From assembly GCF_003334255.1 (NCBI RefSeq), contig NZ_QOWU01000030.1: a DNA stretch of 59,578 bases. One strand, 5' to 3'. Shown here piece by piece: positions 36,062 through 45,693 of this stretch. The stretch comes from Escherichia coli. Its GTDB lineage: Bacteria > Pseudomonadota > Gammaproteobacteria > Enterobacterales > Enterobacteriaceae. The notes beneath the pieces were generated by a model. That model ran no database searches, had not been told where the DNA came from, and worked only from the letters and a program-made list of their open reading frames with translations. The first letter of the stretch is position 1. Each line of letters opens with the position of its first letter. The position numbers and the translations under genes are program-made.

Positions 36062-37057
36062 CTAAAATACATCAGTAAGTTCTGCCAGTTCTTTTTCAAG
36101 CACTCTTGCCGTCCCCTTCAAATCGATTTCCACATACTCCAGAGTGGTGGAAACATTCCTGTGCCCGAGCATGGTTTTCACCATATAAAGATTACGTTCC
36201 GGTGCACTCATCAGCGTACTGGCCAGCGTATGCCGAAAGCGATGAGGTGATACAGGGAAACCGCACTCTTTCGTCAGACGTCTGAAAAATCCTTTTACCG
36301 GTTGCAGTTCCGGAAGTCCGGTAACGAACGGTGCTTCTGACATCAATGCCACATAACGATGATAATGGAAAAGATAATCCTCAGGTCTTGCCCCCCGTTT
36401 CATCGCCTCATCAATCAAGTGCCTCATTCCCGGGACAAGATGACTGACCATAGGGATACGCCACTCATGGTGTGTCTTACTTCCCTCCGAACACAGATCA
36501 ATCCATCTTTCATCCGGATTAACATCCCGCAGACGCAGGTGAAGTAACTGATTTAGCCTCATCCCGGTAAAACGCAGCGTATTTACCACAATCATCCAGT
36601 ACCATGCCGGACGAATCGCACAACTACGCCAGTGCACACCACCAGAACGCTTCTCCTCTTCATGAAACTGTTCAAGAATCAGCAGAATTCGTTTTACCTG
36701 TTTCTTCGTCAGTGTTTTCTTACGTTTCTTTTCCTGTCTGACATTCATACCATCAAACGGATTCTCACTTAAATTAAGAAGTGTTGAGGAACATGCAAAA
36801 TTGAAAATGGCACGCATATGGCGAACCTTGTTATTCCATGTGTGCGTGGAGCGATTCTGTTTTTTCAGAACCTCTCGTTTCCATTCCCTCACATGCTGTT
36901 GCCGGATATCCTCCGGTAAAAGGGTCTCGCCAACAAACTTCCGGAATCCATTCAGAACCTTTAGGTAACTCCACTCCGTAGCCACTCTCACTGAACGGCA
37001 GAAAAAATATTCATCCATAAGCTCGTTCCAGCGCATGTCAGCATGACTTAATTTCAT
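36062..37057 (-). CDS. Tyrosine site-specific recombinase / island integrase, up to 331 aa
   Basis: Catalytic-domain motifs HRFRHTLAS and LGHRNVSTTLEYVEID (R…HxxR…Y); about 200 bp from tRNA-Phe 3' end; exact start among M1/M8/M14 unresolved. Confidence 0.85.
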   Translation of the reverse strand: MKLSHADMRWNELMDEYFFCRSVRVATEWSYLKVLNGFRKFVGETLLPEDIRQQHVREWKREVLKKQNRSTHTWNNKVRHMRAIFNFACSSTLLNLSENPFDGMNVRQEKKRKKTLTKKQVKRILLILEQFHEEEKRSGGVHWRSCAIRPAWYWMIVVNTLRFTGMRLNQLLHLRLRDVNPDERWIDLCSEGSKTHHEWRIPMVSHLVPGMRHLIDEAMKRGARPEDYLFHYHRYVALMSEAPFVTGLPELQPVKGFFRRLTKECGFPVSPHRFRHTLASTLMSAPERNLYMVKTMLGHRNVSTTLEYVEIDLKGTARVLEKELAELTDVF

Positions 37058-37099
37058 AATTAAACCCTTTACAAATAGGTTACATTTTTACCAAAATAC

Positions 37100-38698
37100 T
37101 TACCTCCTGCGCTCACTGAAAAAAAAGTTCGGACTGTCATTGAGAGCCCCTGTATCCATCAGACCACGTCCTTTTATCAGATAACCTTTGAGTATTTTAT
37201 AATCGTGTGTTTTCCCTGGTGCCTCAGCAATTCGCGCATGATAAAAACGCTGATTATCTTTTCGCTTATGGATATTCAGTCGTTCAAATGCAGCCTGTAG
37301 CACCTCTCTCTTCTCCCCGGGGAGTTGCCGGGCTTTCAGGTAATCATAAAAAACCCCCGGCACAGGAATGAAGACAAAGCCGGCAACCACATGAATTTTA
37401 TCGCCTTTATTGTTAAACGACAGTGAACCATTCTTCAATCCGTCTTTCAGCCATTCAAGAAACCGCTCTCCTGTTAAATCAGGATTAACAGCATCAGATT
37501 CTGCTTCACAGTATTCCTGTTGCTCAGCGTCTTGATACGACTGACAGATTTCCCCATGGCCCGCTGCTGATATATCTCCTGTTGATGAAACAGGAGCAAC
37601 CACCTCGCCAGATGGCAAGTCATCCTCCCCCTTTTCCGGCGCCCTCGCCTCCTCCGCAAACATGCTTACCAGCATAGCTGTATCTTCATCTGTCGATATA
37701 CTCTCCGTTTCACATGCGGCATCGTCCTCTGAACCTTCACTGCTGTCTGGTGTCGTCGGTTTCTCAGCCTGTTGTTGCTGCATCTCTGATTGTTCCTGAA
37801 CAGACTCTGCAGCATTGCCGAACACGGTATTCCCTTCAGCCGCAGCCCCTTCCCCGGACACAGCCGATGCCACGGTGCTCTCCGTTTTACCGGATGCAAC
37901 CACCTCCCCCGTAACGACCTCTGCTGAAGCAATATGACTGGCTGTGGCAACAATTCCACCGTTTAACAACGGACTTTCAGCCTGACGGGCAGCCTCCTGC
38001 AGAACATCACGGATGAGTGCCATTTCCGGATGCTGATGCCAGAACGCACCGGCCAGATTCTGAAGCGCTCCCGGCACCGTCGCAAGCCAGGCTGCAGCCC
38101 CCTCAGGTAACAGACCACCGGCAATCACTGCCGCCAGTTGCTGAGCTTCCGTACCCTGTGGCGGGATCAGTCTGAACCGGAAACGATACGCCTCATCAGG
38201 AACGGATATACCCGGCTGCCATCCCCGGCAGCTGAACAATTCGCCTTCCAGATGCGCAAGCAGAGGCAGGTGATAAAACAGGGCTGACCAGAAAATCACT
38301 GCATGCCAGGCCGCCCCCTGTGCGGCCTGCTCTTCCGCAGAGGCGCCCGGCAGAAACATATGTGCACGGGCCAGACGGACCGCGTAACTGGTATGCAACA
38401 ACGTCAGGTCCCCGAATCCCCCTGCATGTGACCAGCGCCCCTCCCGGGCCGCCGGGACATTCTGCGTGGAGAGAAGCAGACTGTATATGGGCGCACAACA
38501 CATCGCCTCACACAATGACTTTGACATCATATTGTTATCCCGTATCTGCTTCAGACACTGCGTCCTGTTCTTCGGCATCAGCAGTGAATCTGTCGTCAGC
38601 GGAGCATAAAACCCTTCCGGCGTCCCCGGCAGTGACCGCCCGTCATCGGGTATCTCCACAGCAGAACCAGAGGTAAAAAACTTCCGTAACTTAAACAT
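37100..38698 (-). CDS. Uncharacterised acidic Ala/Glu/Ser-rich protein, 533 aa
   Basis: Start MFKLRKFFTSGS with GGAGGG SD, 4 nt after helicase stop; track ORF runs on into the helicase gene; no canonical Walker A. Confidence 0.6.
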   Translation of the reverse strand: MFKLRKFFTSGSAVEIPDDGRSLPGTPEGFYAPLTTDSLLMPKNRTQCLKQIRDNNMMSKSLCEAMCCAPIYSLLLSTQNVPAAREGRWSHAGGFGDLTLLHTSYAVRLARAHMFLPGASAEEQAAQGAAWHAVIFWSALFYHLPLLAHLEGELFSCRGWQPGISVPDEAYRFRFRLIPPQGTEAQQLAAVIAGGLLPEGAAAWLATVPGALQNLAGAFWHQHPEMALIRDVLQEAARQAESPLLNGGIVATASHIASAEVVTGEVVASGKTESTVASAVSGEGAAAEGNTVFGNAAESVQEQSEMQQQQAEKPTTPDSSEGSEDDAACETESISTDEDTAMLVSMFAEEARAPEKGEDDLPSGEVVAPVSSTGDISAAGHGEICQSYQDAEQQEYCEAESDAVNPDLTGERFLEWLKDGLKNGSLSFNNKGDKIHVVAGFVFIPVPGVFYDYLKARQLPGEKREVLQAAFERLNIHKRKDNQRFYHARIAEAPGKTHDYKILKGYLIKGRGLMDTGALNDSPNFFFSERRR

Positions 38699-40199
38699 CC
38701 TTTCCCTCCACCACCTTCTCTGTGCCACTCTCATGCGGGGACGGCGTCTTCTCCGTCGTCCTGCTCTTTTCCTCAGCCAGTTGCTGCATGAGCTCATTGA
38801 GTACCAGCGTCCTGCGTGCCCGGGTAACCGCCACATACAACAGGTTAGTTTCATCCCGGCGCGCCTGTTCTGACATCAGCGGATCAGCGATATCCTGAAA
38901 ATCATCCCCCAGTACAACCCGCACCCATTCCAGTCCCTTACTGCGGTGCGCCGTTGAAACCGTGATATCAGCCTCCCGCTCGTTCGTGACTGTGTGCTCC
39001 CTGAGTAGCTCCAGTTTTTTTGGTAACGGAAAACACAGCTCCAGCAGTCGTATGGACTGATTCATCTCCACATCCTTCGTCACCTTCGCAATATGACGGT
39101 ATTCATCAAAATTCCGGTAATCCCTGCGCAACCGGTCAGAGTGCATCCGGGCCGGCATATCCATCTGGAACCAGTAAAGATCTTCAAGCGCCTCCGTTCG
39201 GTATCCCTCAATGCCCCCGACCCAGTAAACCTTCCTGCCCGCCATTGCTGCCATCAGCGCCGTGCCAATCACTCCGGCGACGGTCCGGTTCAGTACCGCC
39301 CGGTGTCCCCCAAATTTTCCACGCTTCATGCGCTCACGCATTTCCTGCATGGTAAGCACCTCATCATCACCGCCGCAGCCGCTCACCTCTCGACTTTCCC
39401 CTGCGCGTTTCAGCAGCAGATTAGCCATCGCGGCCACTGCGGGGCCAAAACGAAAACTCTGTGTCAGCCAAAGACGGTCGGCACCGGACAGAGACGGATG
39501 AGACAGGGCATCATCCGCGCCACGAAAACGGTAGATCTGCTGATACCGGTCACCGACCAGCACAATCCTGCACCGCTGTCCCAGCACAAGTGCGGAAGTC
39601 ACCGGATTCGCATCCTGCGCTTCATCAAACAGAATGGTGTCCCATCTGCGCGAGAGATCAGGTCCGGAGAGCTGAAACAATTTGAGATAGGTGTCATGGG
39701 TGACCGGAAACGTTCCATCCGGATCGCTCATTGCCTGCCAGAGCGTCCTCACAGCACGAAGTGCCTCATCCGGAGCAACTCCTTTCATTTCGTCCTTGTC
39801 CGGCAGATGCTGCCTGCCGGGGGTTGCATCCGCTGAGCAGATAAACTGATTCAGCCCTGTCATGGCCACCCGGGCCAGTGCCCAGTATCGGGTATTCAGT
39901 TTTCTTGCCACATCGGTGACGAACAAGCCCGGAACAAGCCGCTTCTGGTAATGCCTTCCGAAGCGGGCAAACGCCAGCTGATGCGACGTTTTGCATTCAA
40001 CGTTAAAAGGAAACCTGCGCTCAGCTTCATCACGAATCGCACGATTATAGGCGAGATAGAGCATCCTGCTCTCCGGGCAGGCCATGGCATAGCTGACCAG
40101 TGTGCTGGTTTTCCCTGTACCGGCAAAAGCATTAACAACAAGCTTCCTCCCCTGCCAGTGAATAATTGCCGTCTGTTCTTCTGTCGGTTTATGGGGCAT
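38691..40199 (-). CDS. Compact UvrD/Rep-like superfamily-1 DNA helicase, 502 aa
   Basis: Walker A AFAGTGKTS, motif II ILFDEAQD, motif III VGDRYQQIY, motif V TAHRSKGLEW, motif VI YVAVTRARR; GGAGG SD. Confidence 0.8.
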   Translation of the reverse strand: MPHKPTEEQTAIIHWQGRKLVVNAFAGTGKTSTLVSYAMACPESRMLYLAYNRAIRDEAERRFPFNVECKTSHQLAFARFGRHYQKRLVPGLFVTDVARKLNTRYWALARVAMTGLNQFICSADATPGRQHLPDKDEMKGVAPDEALRAVRTLWQAMSDPDGTFPVTHDTYLKLFQLSGPDLSRRWDTILFDEAQDANPVTSALVLGQRCRIVLVGDRYQQIYRFRGADDALSHPSLSGADRLWLTQSFRFGPAVAAMANLLLKRAGESREVSGCGGDDEVLTMQEMRERMKRGKFGGHRAVLNRTVAGVIGTALMAAMAGRKVYWVGGIEGYRTEALEDLYWFQMDMPARMHSDRLRRDYRNFDEYRHIAKVTKDVEMNQSIRLLELCFPLPKKLELLREHTVTNEREADITVSTAHRSKGLEWVRVVLGDDFQDIADPLMSEQARRDETNLLYVAVTRARRTLVLNELMQQLAEEKSRTTEKTPSPHESGTEKVVEGKDV

Positions 40200-40663
40200 G
40201 GCTTTCCTCCGTAAAGACGAAATTTCCGGTCACTCTGCCTTCAGCCAGGCGACCGTGACCAGCATTAATTTACCCTGGTGACCATAAAATTTTACCTCCC
40301 GTAAATTTTTAGCGACCTGAAAAGAATTAATTATCGCCACCCGGGTATCAGCTGTTCATTATCCCCTCAGACACAGCCCACAACGGGTCTGCTGTATCAC
40401 CGTTCTTCGTAACGGTCATGCTCTTTAACAATCCGGGAGCGGCCACGCCCTGAAGCCGGGCTGAGGAGGAAAACAGATATGCTACGTAGAGAGTGACGTG
40501 CCGCGCCTGCAGCCACAGGTAACACTCCCCAACATCGGACACCGCAAATAATGGCTACACAACCCGAAAACGCACTGAGCGCCAGAACAGTGCGTTTCCG
40601 GTTGTGCCGGAGCCTGCACCCTGCAGAGTCCTGAACAACATCCAGTAAAACCAGGCACTTTCG

Positions 40664-40699
40664 GCGACATCATTTTCCCCATGGTGATGTCGCTTTTTT
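40664..40699 (+). terminator. Strong intrinsic terminator in non-coding region
   Basis: 9-bp stem gcgacatca/tgatgtcgc, 12-nt loop, then tttttt; no ORF of 60 aa or more upstream on this strand. Confidence 0.65.
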
Positions 40700-40736
40700 C
40701 AGCACAGAATAATAATGCACAGCAGGAGTACAGATA

Positions 40737-40967
40737 ATGGCATCAGCACTGGCCACCCCAGCCCCGTATAAATACTGTATTCAGGCCACCATCGAAAAAC
40801 CCGGCGGTACACCGGTTTCATGGATTCGCTTCCAGAATACGCCCATGACGAAACAGGAGTGTGAAAAACTCTTCTCCACTGAAAAAGAAGCCGGTAAATC
40901 TTTCACCGTTAAAGTCGGGGTTACTCAATTTTCATGTAAGGAAAATCCACCTGCACCTGGAGAGTGA
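40737..40967 (+). CDS. Hypothetical small protein, 76 aa
   Basis: AGGAG SD 8 nt upstream of ATG; no recognisable family. Confidence 0.4.
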   Translation: MASALATPAPYKYCIQATIEKPGGTPVSWIRFQNTPMTKQECEKLFSTEKEAGKSFTVKVGVTQFSCKENPPAPGE

Positions 40968-40975
40968 TTTTTATT

Positions 40976-41170
40976 ATGCCTCATCCCATCACATATACAA
41001 ATTTTCTTCCGGTGGTTCTGTTTTTCGTTATCGTTATTTTTATTATCACTTTTATAATAGCCATCACCACGACCATCCCCGCAGATATGACTGTAAGAGG
41101 CTTTTACAATAGATACAGAAAGGATTTTCTGTCTCTTTTTTCGGCATATTTCCTTTCATCAATATTCTGA
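40976..41170 (+). CDS. Hypothetical small hydrophobic protein, about 64 aa
   Basis: Very hydrophobic N-terminal half; ATG at 40976 downstream of GGAGAG. Confidence 0.3.
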   Translation: MPHPITYTNFLPVVLFFVIVIFIITFIIAITTTIPADMTVRGFYNRYRKDFLSLFSAYFLSSIF

Positions 41171-41466
41171 GCATTCTTGGTGACAGGCACCAGTATTTCA
41201 GACAGCACGCCGGTTTTCGGTAGTACACCGGACAATGCGATTACAAACTCGCTGATTTCACTGGCGTTCTGTAATTCGTTATTAACTCACGCATGGATTT
41301 GTGATCTCTGCGACATACACAGAAACAAAAACATCTTTATTTATATAACACTGGCTTTTCTTCATCTTATTTTAATCAATTCATGCACCCATTTTATCTA
41401 CGCCACTTTTTATTAATTCAGTTAACTCCGTCTTAACAGACAGAAATAGTGAAAAAGGTGATACTG

Positions 41467-42138
41467 ATGAATATATTAAGATACTTAAGTATTTCGCTCT
41501 TCGCGTTCTCATTTTCATATACCGCCACAGCCTCCACTCAGATATCATCATCGCACAACCACGCCGAAAAACGTGCAATCGGTACGCTGAAATTTATACG
41601 GGCCGACGGACAACGACCGTTTGGTCAGGCTATGAAACAATTATTACCCACCGGCTGGCGTACTGAGATTGCCCGTGACGTCCGGCTCCCCGCCAGAATA
41701 TCATGGTCCGGAAATGACCAGTGGAACCATGTTATCGAAAAAACGCTGCCCCGCTACAGCCTGAAAGCCACATTTGATACCTCAGGGAAACGCGTACTGA
41801 TCCAGCAGGCGGAAAAAACGGTAAAATCTGGCCTGTTTTCTGCCCCCGTAACCGGTGTCAAAAAAACAGAAACACGTCATATTGAGCAGGGAATGACCCT
41901 GCGTACAGGGCTGGAAAAATGGGCAGCCGCCGAACCTTGCGCTACCGGGAAATGGAAAGTGGCATGGAAAACGCCGGTAAATTACAGTATCGATGCCCGG
42001 TTAGTTTTTTCAGGTAATTTTATGGATGCACTGAACAGTACATTCGCACTTTATCAGCAGGCTGAAAAACCCTTATATGCCTCGGTGAATAAAAACCAGT
42101 GCGTGCTGATAATTACTGACATCCCGGGGGACAGCTAA
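41467..42138 (+). CDS. Pilus-assembly accessory protein (PilL/TcpQ-like, tentative)
   Basis: Signal peptide; first gene of a block co-linear with the R64 thin-pilus operon; ATG 41467 with AGGTG SD (track starts at GTG 41449). Confidence 0.45.
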   Translation: MNILRYLSISLFAFSFSYTATASTQISSSHNHAEKRAIGTLKFIRADGQRPFGQAMKQLLPTGWRTEIARDVRLPARISWSGNDQWNHVIEKTLPRYSLKATFDTSGKRVLIQQAEKTVKSGLFSAPVTGVKKTETRHIEQGMTLRTGLEKWAAAEPCATGKWKVAWKTPVNYSIDARLVFSGNFMDALNSTFALYQQAEKPLYASVNKNQCVLIITDIPGDS

Positions 42139-42573
42139 ATGGGATGGCTCATGCCCCTCATAATGGCACTGTTTATCATCGGGAACTGGTTTCATGCCGG
42201 CAATACGGAGCGGGCAATAAAAAATACTGATGAGCAGCAAAGACAACAACAGGCATATGAAATATTACGCCTGACAAATGCCATTAATGACTGGAAATAT
42301 CATCATCCCGGTGATATCCGTGAAGGAAAGATGCTTACGGTTAACGAAACCGGATTCGCTCCGGTATACGGAACAAAACATATTATTTCAGGGCAAAGAA
42401 CTTTTGTCTGGCTTCCTTTTCAGCCAGGGCTGATATCAGCCCTGAATGAAGTGAGCCGAAACTCAGCATTAATTGCGCAGGTCAGGGACAGAAAGTTACT
42501 GGATAACCAAGGAAATAATATTGGTGTTCCGCCTTCCGTTATACCGGAAAATGCGATCGTCCTGATCAATTAA
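42139..42573 (+). CDS. PilM-like small membrane-associated protein (tentative), 144 aa
   Basis: N-terminal hydrophobic segment; size and position match R64 pilM. Confidence 0.4.
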   Translation: MGWLMPLIMALFIIGNWFHAGNTERAIKNTDEQQRQQQAYEILRLTNAINDWKYHHPGDIREGKMLTVNETGFAPVYGTKHIISGQRTFVWLPFQPGLISALNEVSRNSALIAQVRDRKLLDNQGNNIGVPPSVIPENAIVLIN

Positions 42574-42781
42574 GCATCCCCAAAAGGGGATTCTGCACTG
42601 AGGTCTGCATATCATGTCTTCTCTCAGCAACATGATATATCGCTACGGCGCAGACTTCAGTCCGGAAAATCTTTCTCAGTGTTCATTAACACATGAAATA
42701 CCCGTCGCTCTGTCTCACTGAATTGTTATTTCGTCCCTCCACAGACAGAGAATAAATATTCAACAAGCAGGTATACAGAAT

Positions 42782-44383
42782 ATGAAAAAATTTTTCTGCG
42801 CTGTCACCGCCTTATCCGTTGTTTTATCAGGCTGCAGCAGTTTTGAACGAATCAGTGCCACAGAAAAAAAAGCATCCGATGAGATAACACGGGCTGAACG
42901 TATAGCCGGTGAACTTCGCAAACAACGCGCCGTTGTGCGCGAAACAAACCAGCAGTGGATCAATACCACGCCCCTTCCGGAAAAAACCGTTACCCGGGCA
43001 ATACCGGATTGCCCGGTCGTCATAAACACCCGGGAAGCCATCACACTTCACCAGATTGCACAGCGGATTTCTGAAACCTGTCATATTCCGGTTCAAATCA
43101 TGTCTGATGTCTGGACACTGCTGGGTACCGGAGAAAATCGCACACAGAGGATCAGCGGCGACATTCCCCCGCCTGATACCAGTGGCATGCAGCCACTGAG
43201 CACCGTGGGGCTGTCATCAGCCGCCCCCTCCACGGCCTCACTGCCGGAACTCAATGTTCAGGGGCTGCCCGCTTTGCTTGACACCGTATCTTCACGCTTT
43301 GGGATCACCTGGCGCTATGTGAAGGGAAAAATTGAATTCCACTGGCTTGACACCCGTACATTCCCGGTCACCTACATGGACAGCCAGGTCGCCTACAATG
43401 CCAGAGTCGTCAGTGGCACCATGTCATCCACGGGCAGTTCCGGTGGTTCATCCGGCAGTTCCCTGAGTGGTGATGCCAGCAATACGCAGACAACCGCGGT
43501 TGATATGAAATCCACACTCTATGAAGACACAAAAAATGCCGTGAATTCCATGCTGACGCCCGGTATCGGAAGGATGGTGTTGTCCACCGGCTTTCTGACC
43601 GTAACCGACACACCACAGGTTCTGGATACTGTTAAGAATTTTATGGAAGAACGTAACCGGGAAATGCGCCGTCAGGTTGTGCTGAATATTGAAATCCTGA
43701 GCATCAAAAAAACCAGCAAAGAGCAGGCCGGAATCGACTGGAACGCCGTTTTCAGTGACGGACATCTCGGTATAGACCTGACCAGTGCATTTACTAATGC
43801 CGCCGATGAAGTCGTGACCAGTGGGGTATCGATTATTGACGGTAAGCTCACCGGTTCAAAAGCGTTTCTGAAAGCGCTTTCATCACAGGGTAAAGTCAGT
43901 GTGGTCACCCAAAACTCGGCTGTCACCAAAAACCTGACGCCGGTTCCTATGCAGGTCGCCAACCAGCAGGGGTACATAGAAAGTGTCACCACGGATACGA
44001 CGGCCAATGTGGGCTCCTCCACCTCACTGAATGCGGCAACAATCACCACCGGCTTCAACATGACACTGTTACCGTTTATCCAGCCCGGCTCACACCGGTT
44101 GCAGTTACTGTTCAGCATGAGCCTGTCCGACAAACCTGTTTTTGAAGTGTTTGAAAGCGGTGGCAGTCGGGCCCAGACACCGAGTGTTGAGCTGAAAACC
44201 ATCAACCAGACCATCGACCTGAAATCAGATCAGACTGTGATCCTGAGCGGATTCCAACAGTTCAGCCGGAAATCGCTCAGACAGGGCGTGGGCACCCCGT
44301 CATTCTTCGGACTCGGTGGTGGCGTGGACAGTGCAGATGACGACACCATTCTGGTTGTGCTGATCACACCGCACGTAATCTGA
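42782..44383 (+). CDS. pilN: Secretin-type outer-membrane lipoprotein (PilN-like), 533 aa
   Basis: Lipobox VLSGCSS; Ser/Gly-rich linker; secretin-like C-terminus (…DDDTILVVLITPHVI). Confidence 0.7.
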   Translation: MKKFFCAVTALSVVLSGCSSFERISATEKKASDEITRAERIAGELRKQRAVVRETNQQWINTTPLPEKTVTRAIPDCPVVINTREAITLHQIAQRISETCHIPVQIMSDVWTLLGTGENRTQRISGDIPPPDTSGMQPLSTVGLSSAAPSTASLPELNVQGLPALLDTVSSRFGITWRYVKGKIEFHWLDTRTFPVTYMDSQVAYNARVVSGTMSSTGSSGGSSGSSLSGDASNTQTTAVDMKSTLYEDTKNAVNSMLTPGIGRMVLSTGFLTVTDTPQVLDTVKNFMEERNREMRRQVVLNIEILSIKKTSKEQAGIDWNAVFSDGHLGIDLTSAFTNAADEVVTSGVSIIDGKLTGSKAFLKALSSQGKVSVVTQNSAVTKNLTPVPMQVANQQGYIESVTTDTTANVGSSTSLNAATITTGFNMTLLPFIQPGSHRLQLLFSMSLSDKPVFEVFESGGSRAQTPSVELKTINQTIDLKSDQTVILSGFQQFSRKSLRQGVGTPSFFGLGGGVDSADDDTILVVLITPHVI

Positions 44384-44394
44384 CGGAGGTTCCC

Positions 44395-45693
44395 TTGAAC
44401 GGGTCAATGCAGAAAAAAATTCGTCCAGTGTCACTGATATCGGGTAAACAGGCATTCCTTGCGGGCCTTGACTGGAAAAACATGCCTCCCGGTTACCGGA
44501 ATGCCCGGCGGTTTGCACAGTCACAGGGCGCAGAACTGTATCTTTCCTGCCACAACCACGACGGTGAAAACGGTGATGAAATGATGATTGCCCTGCTCAG
44601 TCGTCAGGATGCAGATATCCCCCGTAACATTCGCCAGTGCCTGTCACTGGCGATGTTAATACGCCCGCTCCTCAAATCAGGTGGGTATGCCATTTTCATC
44701 ATCGAGAACGACGACGCTGAACTCACCTGTGCGTTTGTATCGGTGATTAATGGCATTCTGGTTAACGACGTTACCGGTACCCCGACTGAAATCACGGAAG
44801 CCCGCAACACGTTCCTGATGCTCAATGCGGAACCGGAAAACGGCTGGGTACGCTACGAACCTGACGGTTTTTCACCAGACAGTCGGTGTATCCCGCTACC
44901 GCTGTCAAACCTGATCAGCACCAGAAAGCATCCGGCAGAAGCGCGTCTGCTCCCCGTGTCCAGAGGCCCACAGTTAATGACAGCCTTACTCATCATCACG
45001 CTGCTTGGCGCATCGTGGTACGGCTGGCAACGTTATGAAATCTGGCAGGCGGAAAAAGCGGAACGTGAAGAAAGCGCCCGGAAATCAGCTGAAGCACGTA
45101 TAACGCCACCATGGACGGGGCAGCCTGAGACCGGAGAATTTATCCGGCAATGCAGCACAACATGGAACCAGACGCCACTGTCTGCTGCCGGATGGCGTTA
45201 TACCCTGGCTGAATGTTCTTCTGACGGTAACAGCGGTAATCTGCGGTCTTCATACACCAATACAGCAGGCACGACAGTGACAGCCTTCATCCGGCGCATC
45301 ACTGAACTCACAGACACCCGGCCGTTTATTGTTATGCCTGAAGGGAACTCTGGCGGCGTTGCACTGCCGGTCACATTCCGGCTCCCAGATAATCCTGTCC
45401 CGGTTGATTCCCTTCCGGAAACCCGAGACCTGCAGGAACGACTGACCACGCTCGCACAGTCAGTTCAACTGCAGATTGACTGGCAGGAAGTCAATAACAG
45501 CTTCACTGATGAAAACGGAAACATCATCCAGCCACCGTGGAAAGAGTATGACCTGCAGATACAGACGCTACTCCCAGCTAACCAGCTGGCAGAGCGCTTC
45601 AGCGAGCCATCTGTCCGTTTTCTCTCCGTCACTAGACAACTGGAAAATGGTCGTTTCCGTTATCAGTTCACAGGTAAATATTATGCACGATAA
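44395..45693 (+). CDS. pilO: PilO-like pilus assembly protein, 432 aa
   Basis: Position and size match R64 pilO; TTG start 5 nt after GGAGG (or ATG at 44407); single TM segment. Confidence 0.55.
   Translation: MNGSMQKKIRPVSLISGKQAFLAGLDWKNMPPGYRNARRFAQSQGAELYLSCHNHDGENGDEMMIALLSRQDADIPRNIRQCLSLAMLIRPLLKSGGYAIFIIENDDAELTCAFVSVINGILVNDVTGTPTEITEARNTFLMLNAEPENGWVRYEPDGFSPDSRCIPLPLSNLISTRKHPAEARLLPVSRGPQLMTALLIITLLGASWYGWQRYEIWQAEKAEREESARKSAEARITPPWTGQPETGEFIRQCSTTWNQTPLSAAGWRYTLAECSSDGNSGNLRSSYTNTAGTTVTAFIRRITELTDTRPFIVMPEGNSGGVALPVTFRLPDNPVPVDSLPETRDLQERLTTLAQSVQLQIDWQEVNNSFTDENGNIIQPPWKEYDLQIQTLLPANQLAERFSEPSVRFLSVTRQLENGRFRYQFTGKYYAR

Noticed and set aside
37900-37960. Walker A-like string VVASGKTES in the acidic protein
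   Set aside because: Spacing does not fit GxxxxGK[ST]; lies within low-complexity sequence
38699-38854. N-terminal 52-codon extension of the acidic protein ORF (MKLTCCMWRL…)
   Set aside because: Overlaps the helicase 3' end in another frame and is Arg-rich; the internal ATG at 38698 with a GGAGGG SD is a far better start
39093-39836. 247-aa plus-strand ORF and other ORFs inside the helicase gene
   Set aside because: Antisense to a helicase gene with a complete motif set; no independent support
37100-40199. Assignment of the helicase pair to Gabija (GajA/GajB)
   Set aside because: The partner protein lacks ATPase (Walker A/B) and Toprim motifs and lies downstream rather than upstream of the helicase; only the helicase size is GajB-like
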